Positions 35,363 to 48,322 of a stretch of 64,000 nucleotides of DNA are shown piece after piece; positions within the stretch are counted from its first letter, which is position 1; each line of letters opens with the position of its first letter. The translations under genes and the position numbers were made by a program. Origin of the DNA: Octopus sinensis (taxonomy: Eukaryota); assembly GCF_006345805.1 (NCBI RefSeq), contig NC_043004.1, forward strand, positions 41,168,001 to 41,232,000, in the 5' to 3' direction. A model generated the notes under the pieces. It made no database searches. It was given only the letters and a program-made list of their open reading frames with translations, and had not been told where the DNA came from.

Positions 35363-36054
35363 GGTCTATAATGTTGCTAAAGTGAGTAAAAGGGCAGAGT
35401 TTTTTTTATCTTGGATAAGATACATACTAGAATGTTCTTTATTTAGAGACTATTTAGATAAAAGGAAAATAGCTTGCAGACAACAATAGACAAGTACTGC
35501 AATTTCGGTGACCGTAATCAGTGCCAAGTGTTGGATCTATAGAAACCAGTGAGACTAAGATGTGAAAGACATGGAACAAGATACATTTCCCCGAGAAAAA
35601 CAGTTACATCACAAACTCTACATCATGTTCAATCTAGAAAAGAATACATCTACGCAAAAGCCAGAATCAAGACTTTTAAGTTTATTAGCTCTAAACACTA
35701 TGTCAAGACAAATGTCCCCTTGTTCACCTTTCTGTGGACATCAGTAGAATCTATTGGCATCTAAAAATAGTCTGAGCAGTGCAAAAGAAATAGCAGTGGT
35801 AGTGGTGGTGGTGGTGGGAGGTATGCTCAGACAACTGCATGGTACTTGATACTAGAAACAATAGTCTCTGTTATAGCATGGTTCTGCACTTATTGGAGGA
35901 TGGCATTACTATGAACACAATGGAATCTGTGGAATAAACATAGTCATTTCGGCAACTACCTATGTTTCTATAAGGTTGAAAAGTGTGTCTGAGAAGGTGG
36001 TGATGGCCTGTGGTGACAAAAAGTATAGAGTGAACTTGGACAAATCATAATAAG

Positions 36055-36141
36055 AAGAAAGGAAGAAAGAAAGAAAGAAAGAAAGAGAGAGAAAAAGAAA
36101 GAAAGAGAAAGAGAGAGAGAAAGAAAGAGAGAGAAAGAAAG

Positions 36142-36172
<31 letters not shown>

Positions 36173-36190
36173 GAAAGAAAGAAAGAAAAT
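36055..36190. repeat. (GAAA)n/(GA)n purine tract
   Basis: Direct observation. Confidence 0.95.
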
Positions 36191-36481
36191 GGCCCCTTGT
36201 GTGGGAGGGAGAAAAAATTCTTCAGCAGAAAATACTTTTCTCACCCAGACAAAATGTCTTTCCCAAGATGCCACATTCTTCTCCTTACAATATACAGACT
36301 TATCCAAACTCATGAACTTCACTGTGTGCTGTAAGTCTGATTGATCATGTGAAAGAAAACTAAACAAGGCATACATGATCAATGTAATAATGTATGTGGT
36401 GGAATTAGAGCAGTCAGAGGGAGAAGTCACGCATGATGTTGGGTGATGGATATGCAATATCAATTTACAAGGAAAAGATGG

Positions 36482-36650
36482 TAGGCTGGCACAAGCTTCA
36501 GGGCATCAGACGAAATGCTTAGCAGTATTTCTTCCAGCTCTTTACGTATTGAGTTCAAGTTCTTCTAAGACTGACTTTGCTATTCATCCTTATGGGATCA
36601 ATAAAATAAGTACCAACCAAGAACTGGGGTCAATATAATCAACTTACACC
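36482..36650 (+). mobile_element. SINE family C, diverged
   Basis: Head and central domain recognisable. Confidence 0.65.
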
Positions 36651-36689
36651 CCCTATTCTCACCCCAACAGAAAAAAAAAAATGATGGCC

Positions 36690-37104
36690 TTACTCTTTTA
36701 CTCTCTTTACTCTTTTACTCGTTTCAGTCATATGACAGTGGCCATGCTGGAGCACCACCTTTAGTCAATCAGATCGACCCCAGGACTTATTCTTTGTAAG
36801 CCTAGTACTTATTTTATCGGTCTCTTTTTTGTCGAACCGCTAAGTTACGGGGACGTAAACACACCAGCATCGGTTGTCAAGCGATGTTGGGGGGACAAAC
36901 ACAGACACACAAACACGCACATACATATATATACATATATACGACAGGCTTCTTTCAGTTTCCGTCTACCAAATCCACTCACAAGGCTTTGGTCAGCCCA
37001 AGGCTATAGTAGAAGGCACTTACCCAAGGTGCCACGCAGTGGGACTGAACCCGGAACCATGTGGCTCGTAAGCAAGCTACTTACCACACAGCCACTCCTA
37101 CGCC
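36690..37104 (-). mobile_element. SINE family A
   Basis: Full reverse copy. Confidence 0.88.
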
Positions 37105-37126
37105 TGTGCCAAAATTTGAAACCCGA

Positions 37127-37300
37127 AGGCAGTGAGCTGCTAAGAATTGTTACTAGATGGGACAAAATGCTTAGGGGCATATCTTCTGGCTCTTTGCATT
37201 CTGAGTTCAAATAGAGTTGAAGTCAACTTTGCCTTTTATCCTTTCAGAGCCAATAAAATAAGTACCAGTTGAGCACTGGGATCAATGTAATTGAATTGCC
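37127..37300 (+). mobile_element. SINE family C, diverged
   Basis: ggcagtgagctgctaagaa...gagttcaaat...aagtaccagttgagcactggg. Confidence 0.65.
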
Positions 37301-37323
37301 CCACTAAACTAAAAATTTATGAC

Positions 37324-37551
37324 TTAACCCTTTAGCATGTAAACTGGCCATATCCGGCCTAAATATTCTACCTATCTTATGTTCAAACTTGCCAGATTTC
37401 ACCTCTCACACCTACCCTACAATGTAATTCTAAATATAAACAATCACACCATCGAAATCCCAAAGCTATGAAACAATGCATGATTAATTGAAAGCAATGT
37501 GAATGCATAACCATTTCATTTGGCAGATTAATCTGAATGCAAAAGGGTTAA
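37324..37551. mobile_element. MITE family F
   Basis: ttaaccctttagcat ... atgcaaaagggttaa. Confidence 0.8.
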
Positions 37552-37662
37552 TTGTCAAGATTAGAAATCATTAATTAACAAGAAAATTACAGAGAATCAA
37601 AAACATTTGGTGAGGTATGAAGAAGAGATGACTTTATGGGAATCCTAATCATTTAATGACCA

Positions 37663-38064
37663 TAGGTGCAGGAGTGGCTGTGTGGTAAGTAGCTTGCTTA
37701 CCAACCACATGGTTCCAGGTTCAGTCCCACTGCATGGCACCTTGGGCAAGTGTCTTCTACTATAGCCTCGGGCCGACCAAAGCCTTGTGAGTGGATTTGG
37801 TAGGCGGAAACTGAAAGAAGCCCATCATATATATGTATGTATATATATGTGTTGTTTGTGTCTGTGTTTGTCCACCCAACATCGCTTGACAACCGATGCT
37901 GGTGTGTTTACGTCCCCGTCACTTAGCGGTTCAGCAAAAGAGACCGATAGAATAAGTACTAGGCTTACAAAGAATAAGTCCCGGGGTCAATTTGCTTGAT
38001 TAAAGGCGGTGCTCCATCATGGCCGCAGTCAAATGACTGAAACAAGTAAAAGAATAAAAGAATA
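37663..38064 (+). mobile_element. SINE family A
   Basis: Full copy. Confidence 0.88.
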
Positions 38065-38292
38065 AAATTTTTGTCCATGCTTGAAAGGGTTAAACAGAGT
38101 TCATTGAATCAGGTTGTCTATGGCTGGATGCCTTTCCTGTCGTCAACCCTTACTCATTTCCAAACAAGATAATATTTCTCCTTGACCAGATGTGTTCTTG
38201 TAGAATATTGGAAGGGAATGACAATGCTTGTGTGACAGTGACATTAATTTACAGTCGTCGCACAATGTCAAAGCATGCAGACATACAGACAC

Positions 38293-38708
38293 TTATTTCT
38301 TTATTACCCACAAGGGGCTAAACACAGAGGGGACAAACAAGGATAGGCAAAGGGATTAAGTTGATTACATCGACCCCAGTGCGTAACTGGTACTTAATTT
38401 ATTGACCCCGAAAGGATGAAAGGCAAAGTCGACCTCGGCGGAATTTGAACTCAGAACGTAGTGGCAGACGAAATACCTATTTCTTTACTACCCACAAGGG
38501 GCTAAACACAGAGGGGACAAACAAGGATAGGCAAAGGGATTAAGCCGATTACATCGACCCCAGTGCGTAACTGGTACTTATTTAATCGACCCCGAAAGGA
38601 TGAAAGGCAAAGTTGACCTCGGCGGAATTTGAACTCAGAACATAGCGGCAGACAAAATACCGCTAAGCAATTCGCCCGGCATGCTAATGATTCTGCCAGC
38701 TCGCCACC
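38293..38708 (-). mobile_element. SINE family C, tandem dimer
   Basis: Two head-to-tail units; the one at 38293-38478 lacks its head. Confidence 0.88.
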
Positions 38709-39138
38709 AGACACACACACATACATACCACTCGCACATACATACCACTCGCACATACATATATGATGGGCTTCTTTTAGTTTCCATCCACTAAATCCAC
38801 TCACAAGGCTTTGTAATTTGAATGGATGATATGGGGGTTACAAGACTGGAACCTGAGTTGACAAATTCCCAAGTTAAAATCACAGCACAACAACCGTTTG
38901 GTCAAATGAGCAGAGACATTACATGATAGGTCATGCTAGGAGTTTCTAGAAAGTTCTCCTAACAAGGCCTATAAATAGGCACCTTTTTGAGTGCCAATCT
39001 TTAGTGTGTGGCAACCTGCAGCTCAGCTCCACATACTCTCTTGCTGATTTTAATTACAGCTCTAACTCAACCTCAATCAGACTAAAACCTACAGAGTGAT
39101 ATAAGGAGGCTCAAACTGCTATAAATATCAGTCAAATC

Positions 39139-39570
39139 GGATCTTTTCGGTTTGAACGGCAGTTTTTAACATAATTTCTAGGTAACTAAAAAATTTTAAA
39201 CTTCGTATACTGGTAGAATGTGTTTATAAAACATCTTTTTCTCTTGGCTTTATTGAGAAAATTCTATAGTTTGTAAGATATTTGTTGTTTTTTTCTACAA
39301 TTTCTGCAATTTCAACCAATCAATGACGTCCATTGAAGTAAACAACATTCTGTGCCATATGTATATGTCCCTCGTTTAAGAAACAGATTGGGTTTATTTA
39401 CATTTGTGAAGAAAAAAAGATACCCTTCCCCCCCACCCTAACCGTAACCCTAACTAACCCTAACCCTAAAACAGATTGAAATGCAATAGATCGATACTAG
39501 GGTCATAATTATGGGTGACAATTTCATATGACACTGCTAGAAAAAACTGCCGTTCAAACCCAAAAGATCC
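39139..39570. mobile_element. MITE family M
   Basis: TIRs; flanks gtcaaatc / aacaaatc. Confidence 0.9.
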
Positions 39571-39715
39571 AACAAATCTCGCTCAAATCACACCAAAAAA
39601 GAAAAAAAGATGACACTCCAAATAATGTAGTCATAGATACACTAACAAAAACATGGACTGGTCATGACTGGAAGAGCTTTCATCATAATTCTGCTAAATC
39701 AGAGCAACAACAATA

Positions 39716-40227
39716 CCGTAAATCCTTGAGTATAGTCCGCCCTTGAGTATAATACGCAGGGGATTTTTAGGGGGCTGTACCTCTGAAAAACCTAAACCTT
39801 GTGTGTAATATGCACCCCTTTTTTAACTTGAGTCAAGGAGGTCTATATAACATCCTTAGTTTGTAAAAATGTATACGGTAACATCCTTTATTATTATTGT
39901 ATATATAACATAATGCAAACGTGTAGCTTTTTTGTGCATTTTGTTTGCAGAAAATAAAGAAATAACGGTAATAACGTTTAATAAATGTTGCTTACTGCAA
40001 GTCATGGATTATTCTTTTATGACTTCATTGCTTTCAGGCTTAGCTTAAGGTATTTTCGCGCCCGACATCACAAAATGCGTTTGAATAAACATTGCCGGAC
40101 AGCAAATAGAGACTCGGACATTGCTTAGAAAATAATTTTCATTTTTAACCTCGTATATAGTATGCACTAGGGATATTGACCTTTAAATTTTGGGGAAAAA
40201 ATGCGGATTATACTAGAGGATTTACGG
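39716..40227. mobile_element. TA-flanked MITE (Tc1/mariner-pogo type)
   Basis: TA-CCGTAAATCCTTGAGTATAGTCCGC ... GCGGATTATACTAGAGGATTTACGG-TA, about 25-bp imperfect TIR. Confidence 0.82.
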
Positions 40228-40262
40228 TATATGAAGTTTTGTTGTATAATAATCCAATCCAC

Positions 40263-40478
40263 TCTTTAGCTCTTTATCATTTAAACTGGCTATGTCTGAC
40301 TGTTTTATATTCAAACTGACCAGATCCAGACTCCTACGCACACCCTATAATGTCAATGTAAAAATAAACAATCACATCACCAAAATCTCGAAGCTACAAG
40401 ATAATGCATGATTTATTGAAAATAATGTGAATAAATAAGCATTACATTTGACAGAGAAATGCGAACACTAAAGGTTAA
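40263..40478. mobile_element. MITE family F, diverged
   Basis: Body similar to 37324; right end aaggttaa. Confidence 0.65.
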
Positions 40479-40533
40479 GAACAGCTTGGAGGCAAAAAAA
40501 ACCCCCACAACAAAAACAAAACTTTAATTATGA

Positions 40534-40950
40534 TAGGCGCAGGAGTGGCTGTGTGGTAAGTAGCTTGTTTACCAACCACATGGTTCCGGGTTCAGTCCCA
40601 CTGCGTGGCACCTTGGGCAAGTGTCTTCTACTATAGCCTCGGGCCGACCAAAACCTTGCGAGTGGATTTGGTAGATGGAAACTGAAAGAAGCCCGTTGTA
40701 TATATGTATATATATATATATGCGTGTGTGTGTTTGTGTGTCTGTGTTTGTCCCCCTAGCATTGCTTGACAACCGATGCTGGTGTGTTTATGTCCCCGTT
40801 ACTTAGCGGTTCGGCAAAAGAGACCGATAGAATAAGTACTGGGCTTACAAAAGAATAAGTCCTGGGGGTCGAGTTGCTCGATTAAAGGCAGTGCTCCAGC
40901 ATGGCCGCAGTCAAATGACTGAAACAAGTAAAAGAAAAAAGAGAAAAAGA
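40534..40950 (+). mobile_element. SINE family A
   Basis: Full copy. Confidence 0.88.
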
Positions 40951-41364
40951 GAATATTAATGAGGTAAAATCATATCTAATGGCTCATTATGTGGGTTACT
41001 TGACCTGTGGTATGTACTTAGAGAGCTACAAGCTAACAAGGGAGCCCCCACATAATTACTGAGGGTGTGGGGGGAGAAGAGGGCTGTGCTCTACGTGATC
41101 ACTTGAGACATGCTTGTCTGGGATTTTTATTAATAGTTTCATTAAGCAAGATTCTAACAGAATTAACATCTTGTTGTTTTAAGAGCTTAATTTTAATGAA
41201 TAGTTTGTTATATGCTTTAATGTGTGTATGTGTGTGTGTGTGTACGCACACATATATATGTCTATGTACACAAGTGTATGTGTGTATATGTCTGCATGTA
41301 CACAAGTGTGTGTGTGATGTCAATGTTAACATGTCTATGTGTCAGAGTATTCGTGGGAGTTACA

Positions 41365-41406
<42 letters not shown>

Positions 41407-42129
41407 TGTGTGTGTCTGTATGTGTGTGTGAGGGTGTTTGTGTGTATATGTTCATCTATGTCAGCCTGCAGTATCACTATTAAAACATATTTAAAATATC
41501 AAAAACATATAAAATATAAAAGAAGAAGAAGACTTATATAAAACTGTCTACATATGGTAAAGCAAGTAAACTGATATTAAAAACATCTTATAATATAACT
41601 CAATAGAATTATAACATGTTCCACTGTGTAATTTAGCTGAAATGTTTTCAGCTGTGTATACAAAACTCTGCTGAAAGTGTACGACCAATCTAACTCAAAC
41701 AGCCAGTTGTGTTTTTAAAACATTTTAAAACTCAGAGATATTTAAATTATTTTATGAAGCTCCTGATATCAAATTACTAACTATACTCTGTCTGCAGATA
41801 ATTTATTAAGTTATATGGAATTTGTGTGTCCAGTTACCTACTAATTTTATGAGCCAAGTAAAAAAAAAAAGGGAAAAGAATCATATTTTGGTATTTGCTA
41901 AGATAATGTTACTAGTAAATATGTCGTGAATTAGTTTCATGCTATCTTGTAGAGAGAAGCTATCACTAGTGGCAACCACATGGTTCCAGGTTCAGTCCCA
42001 CTGCATGGCATCTTTTCTTTACAACTTCAATCACTGTTCTTTCATCTTTACATAATGGCAATCAGTGAAGAACCAATCCTTACAAACTGATATGTTCCTA
42101 TTACCATTACACAAATAAATATCTACTGT

Positions 42130-42583
42130 TACAAATTGATGACCCCGATGTTGCACCATATCAGGCATCGATTACAAAGGAGTGACTCCAGCCATACAAA
42201 CTCATAAACTTCTACCGTTACAACTTTGTCCACATTCCCAGCCTCGGGATCCACGTCCAGGACCATATCCTCAATGCCCTCCATGTTCGGATCGGCAGCA
42301 GCCCCAGGAATGTCTGGCAAGAGTTCAACTTTTGTACCAAACTGCATAAATGCCTTAAAGTTTTTGCTGTTGTCCATCATGTCTTGCAGATGGAATTTGT
42401 AATGGGTGTCCACCATGGCCTGGGCAAAAACATCAAAGGTGTGATGTCCTCTGAGCCGATATGGTGTGTTGTCTCGTGCAGGTCTTGGGATCCAGCCAGT
42501 GTGCTGTCATCCTGAGGTAGGACCTGTTGTGGGCTGACCAACAGTCTGCAGTGGTTGCCACCAAGGAGACATCCTTGAGCAAT
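42130..42583 (-). pseudogene. hAT transposase remnant, second segment (catalytic D region)
   Basis: LLKDVSLVATTADCWSAHNRSYLRMTAHWLDP...(frameshift) RLRGHHTFDVFAQAMVDTHYKFHLQD..DNSKNFKAFMQFG, matching hAT TxDxW..Y..TxHW and TDN..N..KA motifs. Confidence 0.88.
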
Positions 42584-42901
42584 CTGTAATTCACTCTGTT
42601 AATGTTATGGAAAATACCATTGGAATCAGTGACTGATTTCACAAAATGGCAATGTGAAAATTATAAAATAATCAACAACAAGGAAATAATTCACTATCAC
42701 TATATATAAACTGACACAGTGTATGATCAAGGCCTACTAAAAGTTAAAAAAAACTAGCCTCTCATCAGCATCTCCATGCAAACTGCAATGGTTTTTGTGA
42801 GCATGTGATCTGTAAAATTTTTTGTGGGTAGGAAGGAGGCAGGACATTTGATTGCAGTATCTTATAACCATATTTTGTTTATAGAAATCACACAGATTGC
42901 A

Positions 42902-44509
42902 TTGGGTCATCCCATAAATAATTCAGCTTTTTTATACTTCTTTAATTTTTCAAAATTAAGATAAACAAAGTTCTTTTTAAACCTAAAATAGACTCTCCTT
43001 TATCCTTTATTTTTTACCATGTTCTTCCAGCTATCTGGTAGCCTTTCAAGGCCCCTCTTCCCATGTTCACTTGTCTATGACAAAACATTATTCTCCAGTG
43101 CTGTTCTGACCTCGTCTACAGAATTCATATTTTTTCCATCCGTGCAGGTGGCACGTAAAAAGCACCATCCGATCGTGGCCATTGCCAGCCTTGCCTGGCC
43201 CCCAGCACCGCCCCAACTGGCCTCCGTGCCGGTGGCATGTAAAAAGCACCATCCGATCGTGGCCGTTGCCAGCCTTGCCTGGCCCCCGTGTCGGCAGCAT
43301 GTAAAAAGCACCATCCATCCATGGCCGTTCGCCAGCCCCATCTGGCACCTGTGCGGGTGGCATGTAAAAAGCACCCACTACACTCACGGAGTGGTTGGCG
43401 TTAGGAAGGGCATCCAGCCGTAGAAATACTGCCAGATCAGACTGGGCCTGGTGCAGCCTTCTGGCTTCACAGACCCCAGTTGAACCGTCCAACCCATGCT
43501 AGCATGGAAAGCGGACGCTAAATGATGATGATGATGATGAAATGATTTTGAAGACTGCAGAATAAATGATAATCAGATAGGTAATGTCGGTGAATATGGT
43601 GGGCGGGGCATTGTTTCTCATTCAAACTGCTCCAGCCTTCTGAATGTCATCCTAACTGTATGTGGCCAAGCATTATCTTGATGGAAGAACACCTTTTGTC
43701 TTGAAACCAAAGATAGTAATTTTTCACAGTAGATCTTTGTTATCGCTTGGTTTGGGTTTAAAAGTTCAAAGTGGACTAAACCATTCATATCCCACCAAAC
43801 AGATAACAACACCTTATATAGGTGAAAACCTTCTTTAGACTGGGATGCTGGTGTTTCTCCTTTTCCTATCCACTGTTTACAGTGATTGATATTTTTATAG
43901 AGAACCCATTTCTCATCACCAGTCACTATTTGGTCCAAACAAGGTTCATCCATGAGATGTGACAGCAAAGAAGAGCACACATTCATCTGCGAGGAACCCA
44001 TTGACTCAATTTGCTGACTTTTCTAATGGCACACTGGTGTCGATGAATGGTTGAATAACCAAATCCAAGTTTCTCTGCTAGTTCCTCAATAGTTACGATG
44101 GGACTTTGTTCCACCAGGGTTTGCAGGACATCCTCATCAAGCTCTACAAATCTTCCAGGATGAGACTCATCTAGGCTGTAGTTTCTGGCTCAGAATTTCT
44201 GGAACCACTGTTGACACTGGCTTACACTTATTGTCCGATCCCCGTATACTACATTAATATTCCTCACACTTTCTGTTGTGTTGTTGACTTTGTGGAACTC
44301 ATAAAGCAAAATATGCTAAATATGCTCCTTTATCACTTCCATTATAACTTTGAAAAAAACTACACTCTTCAAAACTTGCACTAAGACTAAGTACATGGTA
44401 AAATTACTACCTGTTTAAATAGCAAGTTGATGCAGGTAGTTTGTCCCTTCTCCCTCCAACTTTTAGTTCATGCAACTGGAAAAACAGCATTATTTATGGG
44501 ATGACCAAA
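42902..44509 (-). mobile_element. mariner element with both TIRs, decayed, inside the hAT intron
   Basis: TIR ttgggtcatcccataaata at 42902 and its near-perfect reverse complement at 44491-44509 followed by TA; HILLYEF..HTH, IVTGDEKWVLY, VLLSVWWD, FHQDNAWPH; SINE D inserted within it. Confidence 0.88.
43122..43540 (+). mobile_element. SINE-like family D with four internal tandem units
   Basis: (ggtggca[c/t]gtaaaaagcacc...) x4, then the standard D body and (gat)n. Confidence 0.88.
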
Positions 44510-44935
44510 TAGTTTAACGTTTGTTACTAGGGTGTTCTAAATTCATGGAAATATTGCTTATAATTTAAAACCTTTTTATCAAATTTTTGAAAATAGTGAC
44601 CCTACCTTGATAAATGACACATTGGGGGTGATGAATAACCAAGATGAGGGATGGAATGATGGTTGGAGATTGATAAGTTCAGAACTTAAGGTTCTTTTAT
44701 TCACTAATTCATTAAAGACTGCTGTTTTGGCTGTGCAGACTTAATCATGAGTGGAATATATATATATAGTCAATAATAAGGGTAAAATTAATTAATTAAT
44801 TAGTAATTAATAATTTTACCAAATTTCAGTATGTAAAAGGACCATTTACGGTAAATTTAAACATTACTTTGAGGTTACTCAAATCAGATGGGCATGTTCA
44901 ATTTTTTGTGCTCTCAAATTTAAATTTAATGAAAT

Positions 44936-45018
44936 CTTGTGCTGATGACGGGAATGTTAGAATAGGGATGTATTTCTAGCATCTCTATATCTGACTAATC
45001 CAGAAACGCGTTCACAAG
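44936..45018 (+). ncRNA. type-I hammerhead motif with canonical core and extended stem II
   Basis: cttgtg-CTGATGA-...-GAA-ACGCGT-T-cacaag: 6-bp perfect stem I, palindromic stem III ACGCGT, inner hairpin atgttagaa/ttctagcat. Confidence 0.68.
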
Positions 45019-45387
45019 TAATCTAATTTCGAGTGAACTTTCGTTATTTTTCTGTCAATGCCTACATGAATTGTTTTTGAGTATACATTGTCTGGGAGAC
45101 TCTTCTTATAGTAGAGGAAATAGCTAAATTCTTTGGCTGCTATTTCTAAAAGTTCGGTAGGTGGTAAAGCAAATTTTTTTGCTGAACCCTAATTATATAA
45201 AGTAATGTTTATATATATATATACTGTATATTATATATTATGACATTTATTTCTAATAGCTATTATACATTTTATTACATCAATTAAGAAAATGATTATT
45301 TAAAAAATGATTAAATTAAATTAAGAAAATGTGAAGTACACCATAATAATTATGTAATAATTTGGTATAATTTTAATTTATAAATAC

Positions 45388-46425
45388 CTTTTAAGATACT
45401 CCTCCAGCTGTTTATGGCTGGCCAAGATCATTTTGCCCAAAGTGCAACAGGACATCGATGTCTTGCTGGGGTTCAGCGTTTTGATCAGGCCAACTAAAGT
45501 GGAGGACTCCACTACATGCAGTCGTAGCATGTTCTTGACAAACAGGTCTACAATCCTTCTGTCCACCATGGACTGACAAATCCCAGTGCCAGCAGTTTGA
45601 GTAAAAATGCCTCACCAATGCTGAGCTGGCCTGCTTTCTTTGCACATGGCTGCGATGACTGGCTACTGGCACTGCTACCAGAAGATTGTCTATTTCCCAC
45701 AGGAAGAGCTGGCCTTGATCCTCTCCTCAAACTGGATGGCATGTGTTGGGTGTTTCCTCTTGACGTGCGACTTCAAGTTGTAAAGGCTCGCCACTTGTCC
45801 ACTGATGGTGGTCTCCTTGGGCTGGTACGTGACACACCAGAAGTACAGGATTTTGGCGTTCCTCTTATCCCTTGATGTGAGAACAAAGCAGTCCTCCTTG
45901 TGAGGCCATGAGTTCTGAGACTCCTGGCTCACAACCTGAGTGACCAGTGCCTCACCCACAGCTGTTGCAGACTCCTCAACATTCTCTTCATTCTCAAGCT
46001 GAACAAAGACATCTTCACCTTCCATGACGATAAGCAATAACTTGATAAACTGATAATGGACACTGCTGTTGCTGACACTGTAAGACTGTCAGTAACGTGA
46101 CAACGTCGTAAGTAAACACAACTTAAAACTGTAGAATTACACAATGCAGCTCAGCTGGCTACTGCTGTGTCAGCCAATCACATCTTGACACATGTACACG
46201 TAATCAGCCAATAGCATGCCTGACAGACTCTTTGAGACACACCCGCAACAGACAAGAACAAATGTATGAATTTTGTTAGCGGATTTAAAAGTTAGTTGAA
46301 CTAAATTTAGCAAAAGGTAATTAGTCTGCTAACGGTTTCCTAAGTTAGCGAAATGTCAAATCCACCAAACAAAAAGTTAGCTTCGCTAATTAGCTGTTAG
46401 ATTTGCAGAACTGTGCCCACCACTG
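45388..46425 (-). mobile_element. hAT element 5' end and first transposase segment (BED finger), frameshifted
   Basis: Terminus CAGTGGTGGGCACAGTT at 46425; W..F.L...(YFWCVTYQPK)...NLKSHVKRKHP; IVDLFVKNMLRLHVVESSTLVGLI...LNP...TLGKMI; two frameshifts; ends AG|GTATTT. Confidence 0.85.
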
Positions 46426-46591
46426 TATTGGTAAAATATCTCTTTACCTTCACCCATTTAATACACTAGGTAATGTAATTGCAATGCAATAAAAAACACT
46501 TGTGTATTAATAATTGGGTATTCTACCAGCAGTATATTGGATAGATATTATCCCTTAGTGGGTTGGATTCTCAACCTCTAACTTTCTTGGA

Positions 46592-46660
<69 letters not shown>
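46592..46660. repeat. pure (TA)n microsatellite
   Basis: Direct observation. Confidence 0.95.
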
Positions 46661-47239
46661 CACATATATATATTACATATACACATATCAAAGCTTGAGT
46701 GGATTTGGTGTGTCTTTGTGTTTGTCTTCTACTACCATTTGACGAGCAGGGTTGATGTGTTTACAACCCCATAACTTAGCAGTTTGGCAAAAGAGACCAA
46801 TAGAATAAATGCGAGGCTTTTAAATAAAACAAAATGCTGGGGGTGATAAGTTCGATCAAAATTCCTCAAGGCAGTGCCCCAGCATGGGCACAGCCTAATG
46901 ACTGAGACAAGTAAAATAAAAAAGAACTTTTTAGTATTGGGGTGGGGTGGGGTAAATTGTTTTGGTGATGAAAATCCCACTTAGTTGGATTTCCATTTTT
47001 TACTTGAGGTGGGTGTGTGTGTGTGTGTGTGTGTGTGCATGCGTGTGTGTGTGTGTGTGTGTGTGTACACATGACAGGTTTCTTTCAGCTTCTGTCTACC
47101 AAATCTACTTTCAGGGCTTTGATTGGCCCTGGGCTTTTGTAGAAGAGACTTGTCCAAGCTTCTGTGCAGTGGGACTGAACCCAAGACCAGATGGTTGGGA
47201 TACAAGCTTCTTAACCACACACTCATACCTGCACCTATC

Positions 47240-47665
47240 TTTTACTTGTTTCAGTCATTAGACTGTGGCCATGCTGGTGCACTGATTTGAAGTACTTTTA
47301 GCTGAGTGAATCAATCCCAGGACATATTTTTTAAAGCTTTGTGCTTATTCGAACAATCTTTTTGCCAAACTACTGACTTATGGGGACATAAGTACACCAG
47401 TACCATTTGTCAAGTAGTGGTGGGGGACAAACACAGGCACAAAACACACACAGATCCATGCACACGTGCACACACACACATGCACCCCACCACACACACA
47501 CACACACACACATGCAACAGGTGTCTTTCAGTTTCTGTCTACTAAATCCGCTCACAAGGCTTTTGGTTGGCCCAAGGTTATAGAAGCAGACACTTGCCCA
47601 AGGTTCCACAAAGCAGGATTGAACCCCAAACTATGCTATTGGGAAACAAGCTTCTTACCACACGA
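47240..47665 (-). mobile_element. SINE family A, diverged (further partial copies at 46690-46925 + and 47060-47235 -)
   Basis: Recognisable tail, microsatellite and core. Confidence 0.75.
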
Positions 47666-47897
47666 TATCTACTGAAACAGATTCCACTTCTTGTATGATG
47701 ACAACATTGGCACAGTTCATATATTCCACTGAAGAAGGCCCTAGTATGACCTTGGAACAAGGTCATATAGCAATAGCTGAGAGATGCAACATTCCCAGAG
47801 GTATATCCAGGTTCTAAAGTTTAGTGGGAGCAAGCACATAAAAAAAAGGTGCCAAACAATTTTTGACTCATTTTCGTTATAATATGCAAAATATTTC

Positions 47898-48322
47898 GGA
47901 TCTTTTCGGTTTTGAATGGCAGTTTTTTCTAGCAGTGTCATATGAAATTGTCACCCATAATTATGATCCTAGTATCGATCTATTGCATTTCAATCTATTT
48001 TAGGGTTAGGGTTAGGGGTGGGGGGAAGGGTATTTTTTTTTCTTCACAAATGTAAATAAACCCAATCTGTTTCTTAAACGAGGGACATATTCATACGGCA
48101 CAGAATGTTTTTTTACCTCAATACACATCATTGATTGGTTGAAATTGCAGAAATTGAAGAAAAAAAAAAAACAACAAATATCTTACAAACCATAGAATTT
48201 TCTCAATAAAGCCAAGAGAAAAAAGATGTTTTATAAACACATTCTACCAGAATACGAAGTTTAAAATTTTTTAGTTACCTAGAAAATTATGTTAAAAACT
48301 GCCATTCAAACGGAAAAGATCC
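47898..48322. mobile_element. MITE family M
   Basis: TIRs plus perfect 8-bp TSD aatatttc (47890-47897 / 48323-48330). Confidence 0.93.

Noticed and set aside
42129-42416. 95-aa ORF MVDTHYKF... as an independent host gene
   Set aside because: It is the frameshifted continuation of the hAT transposase (GHHTFDV.AQAMVD...DN..NFKAF).
46150-46230. Two CCAAT boxes upstream of the hAT ORF as a promoter
   Set aside because: Plausible position, but short motifs alone cannot support the call in a decayed element.
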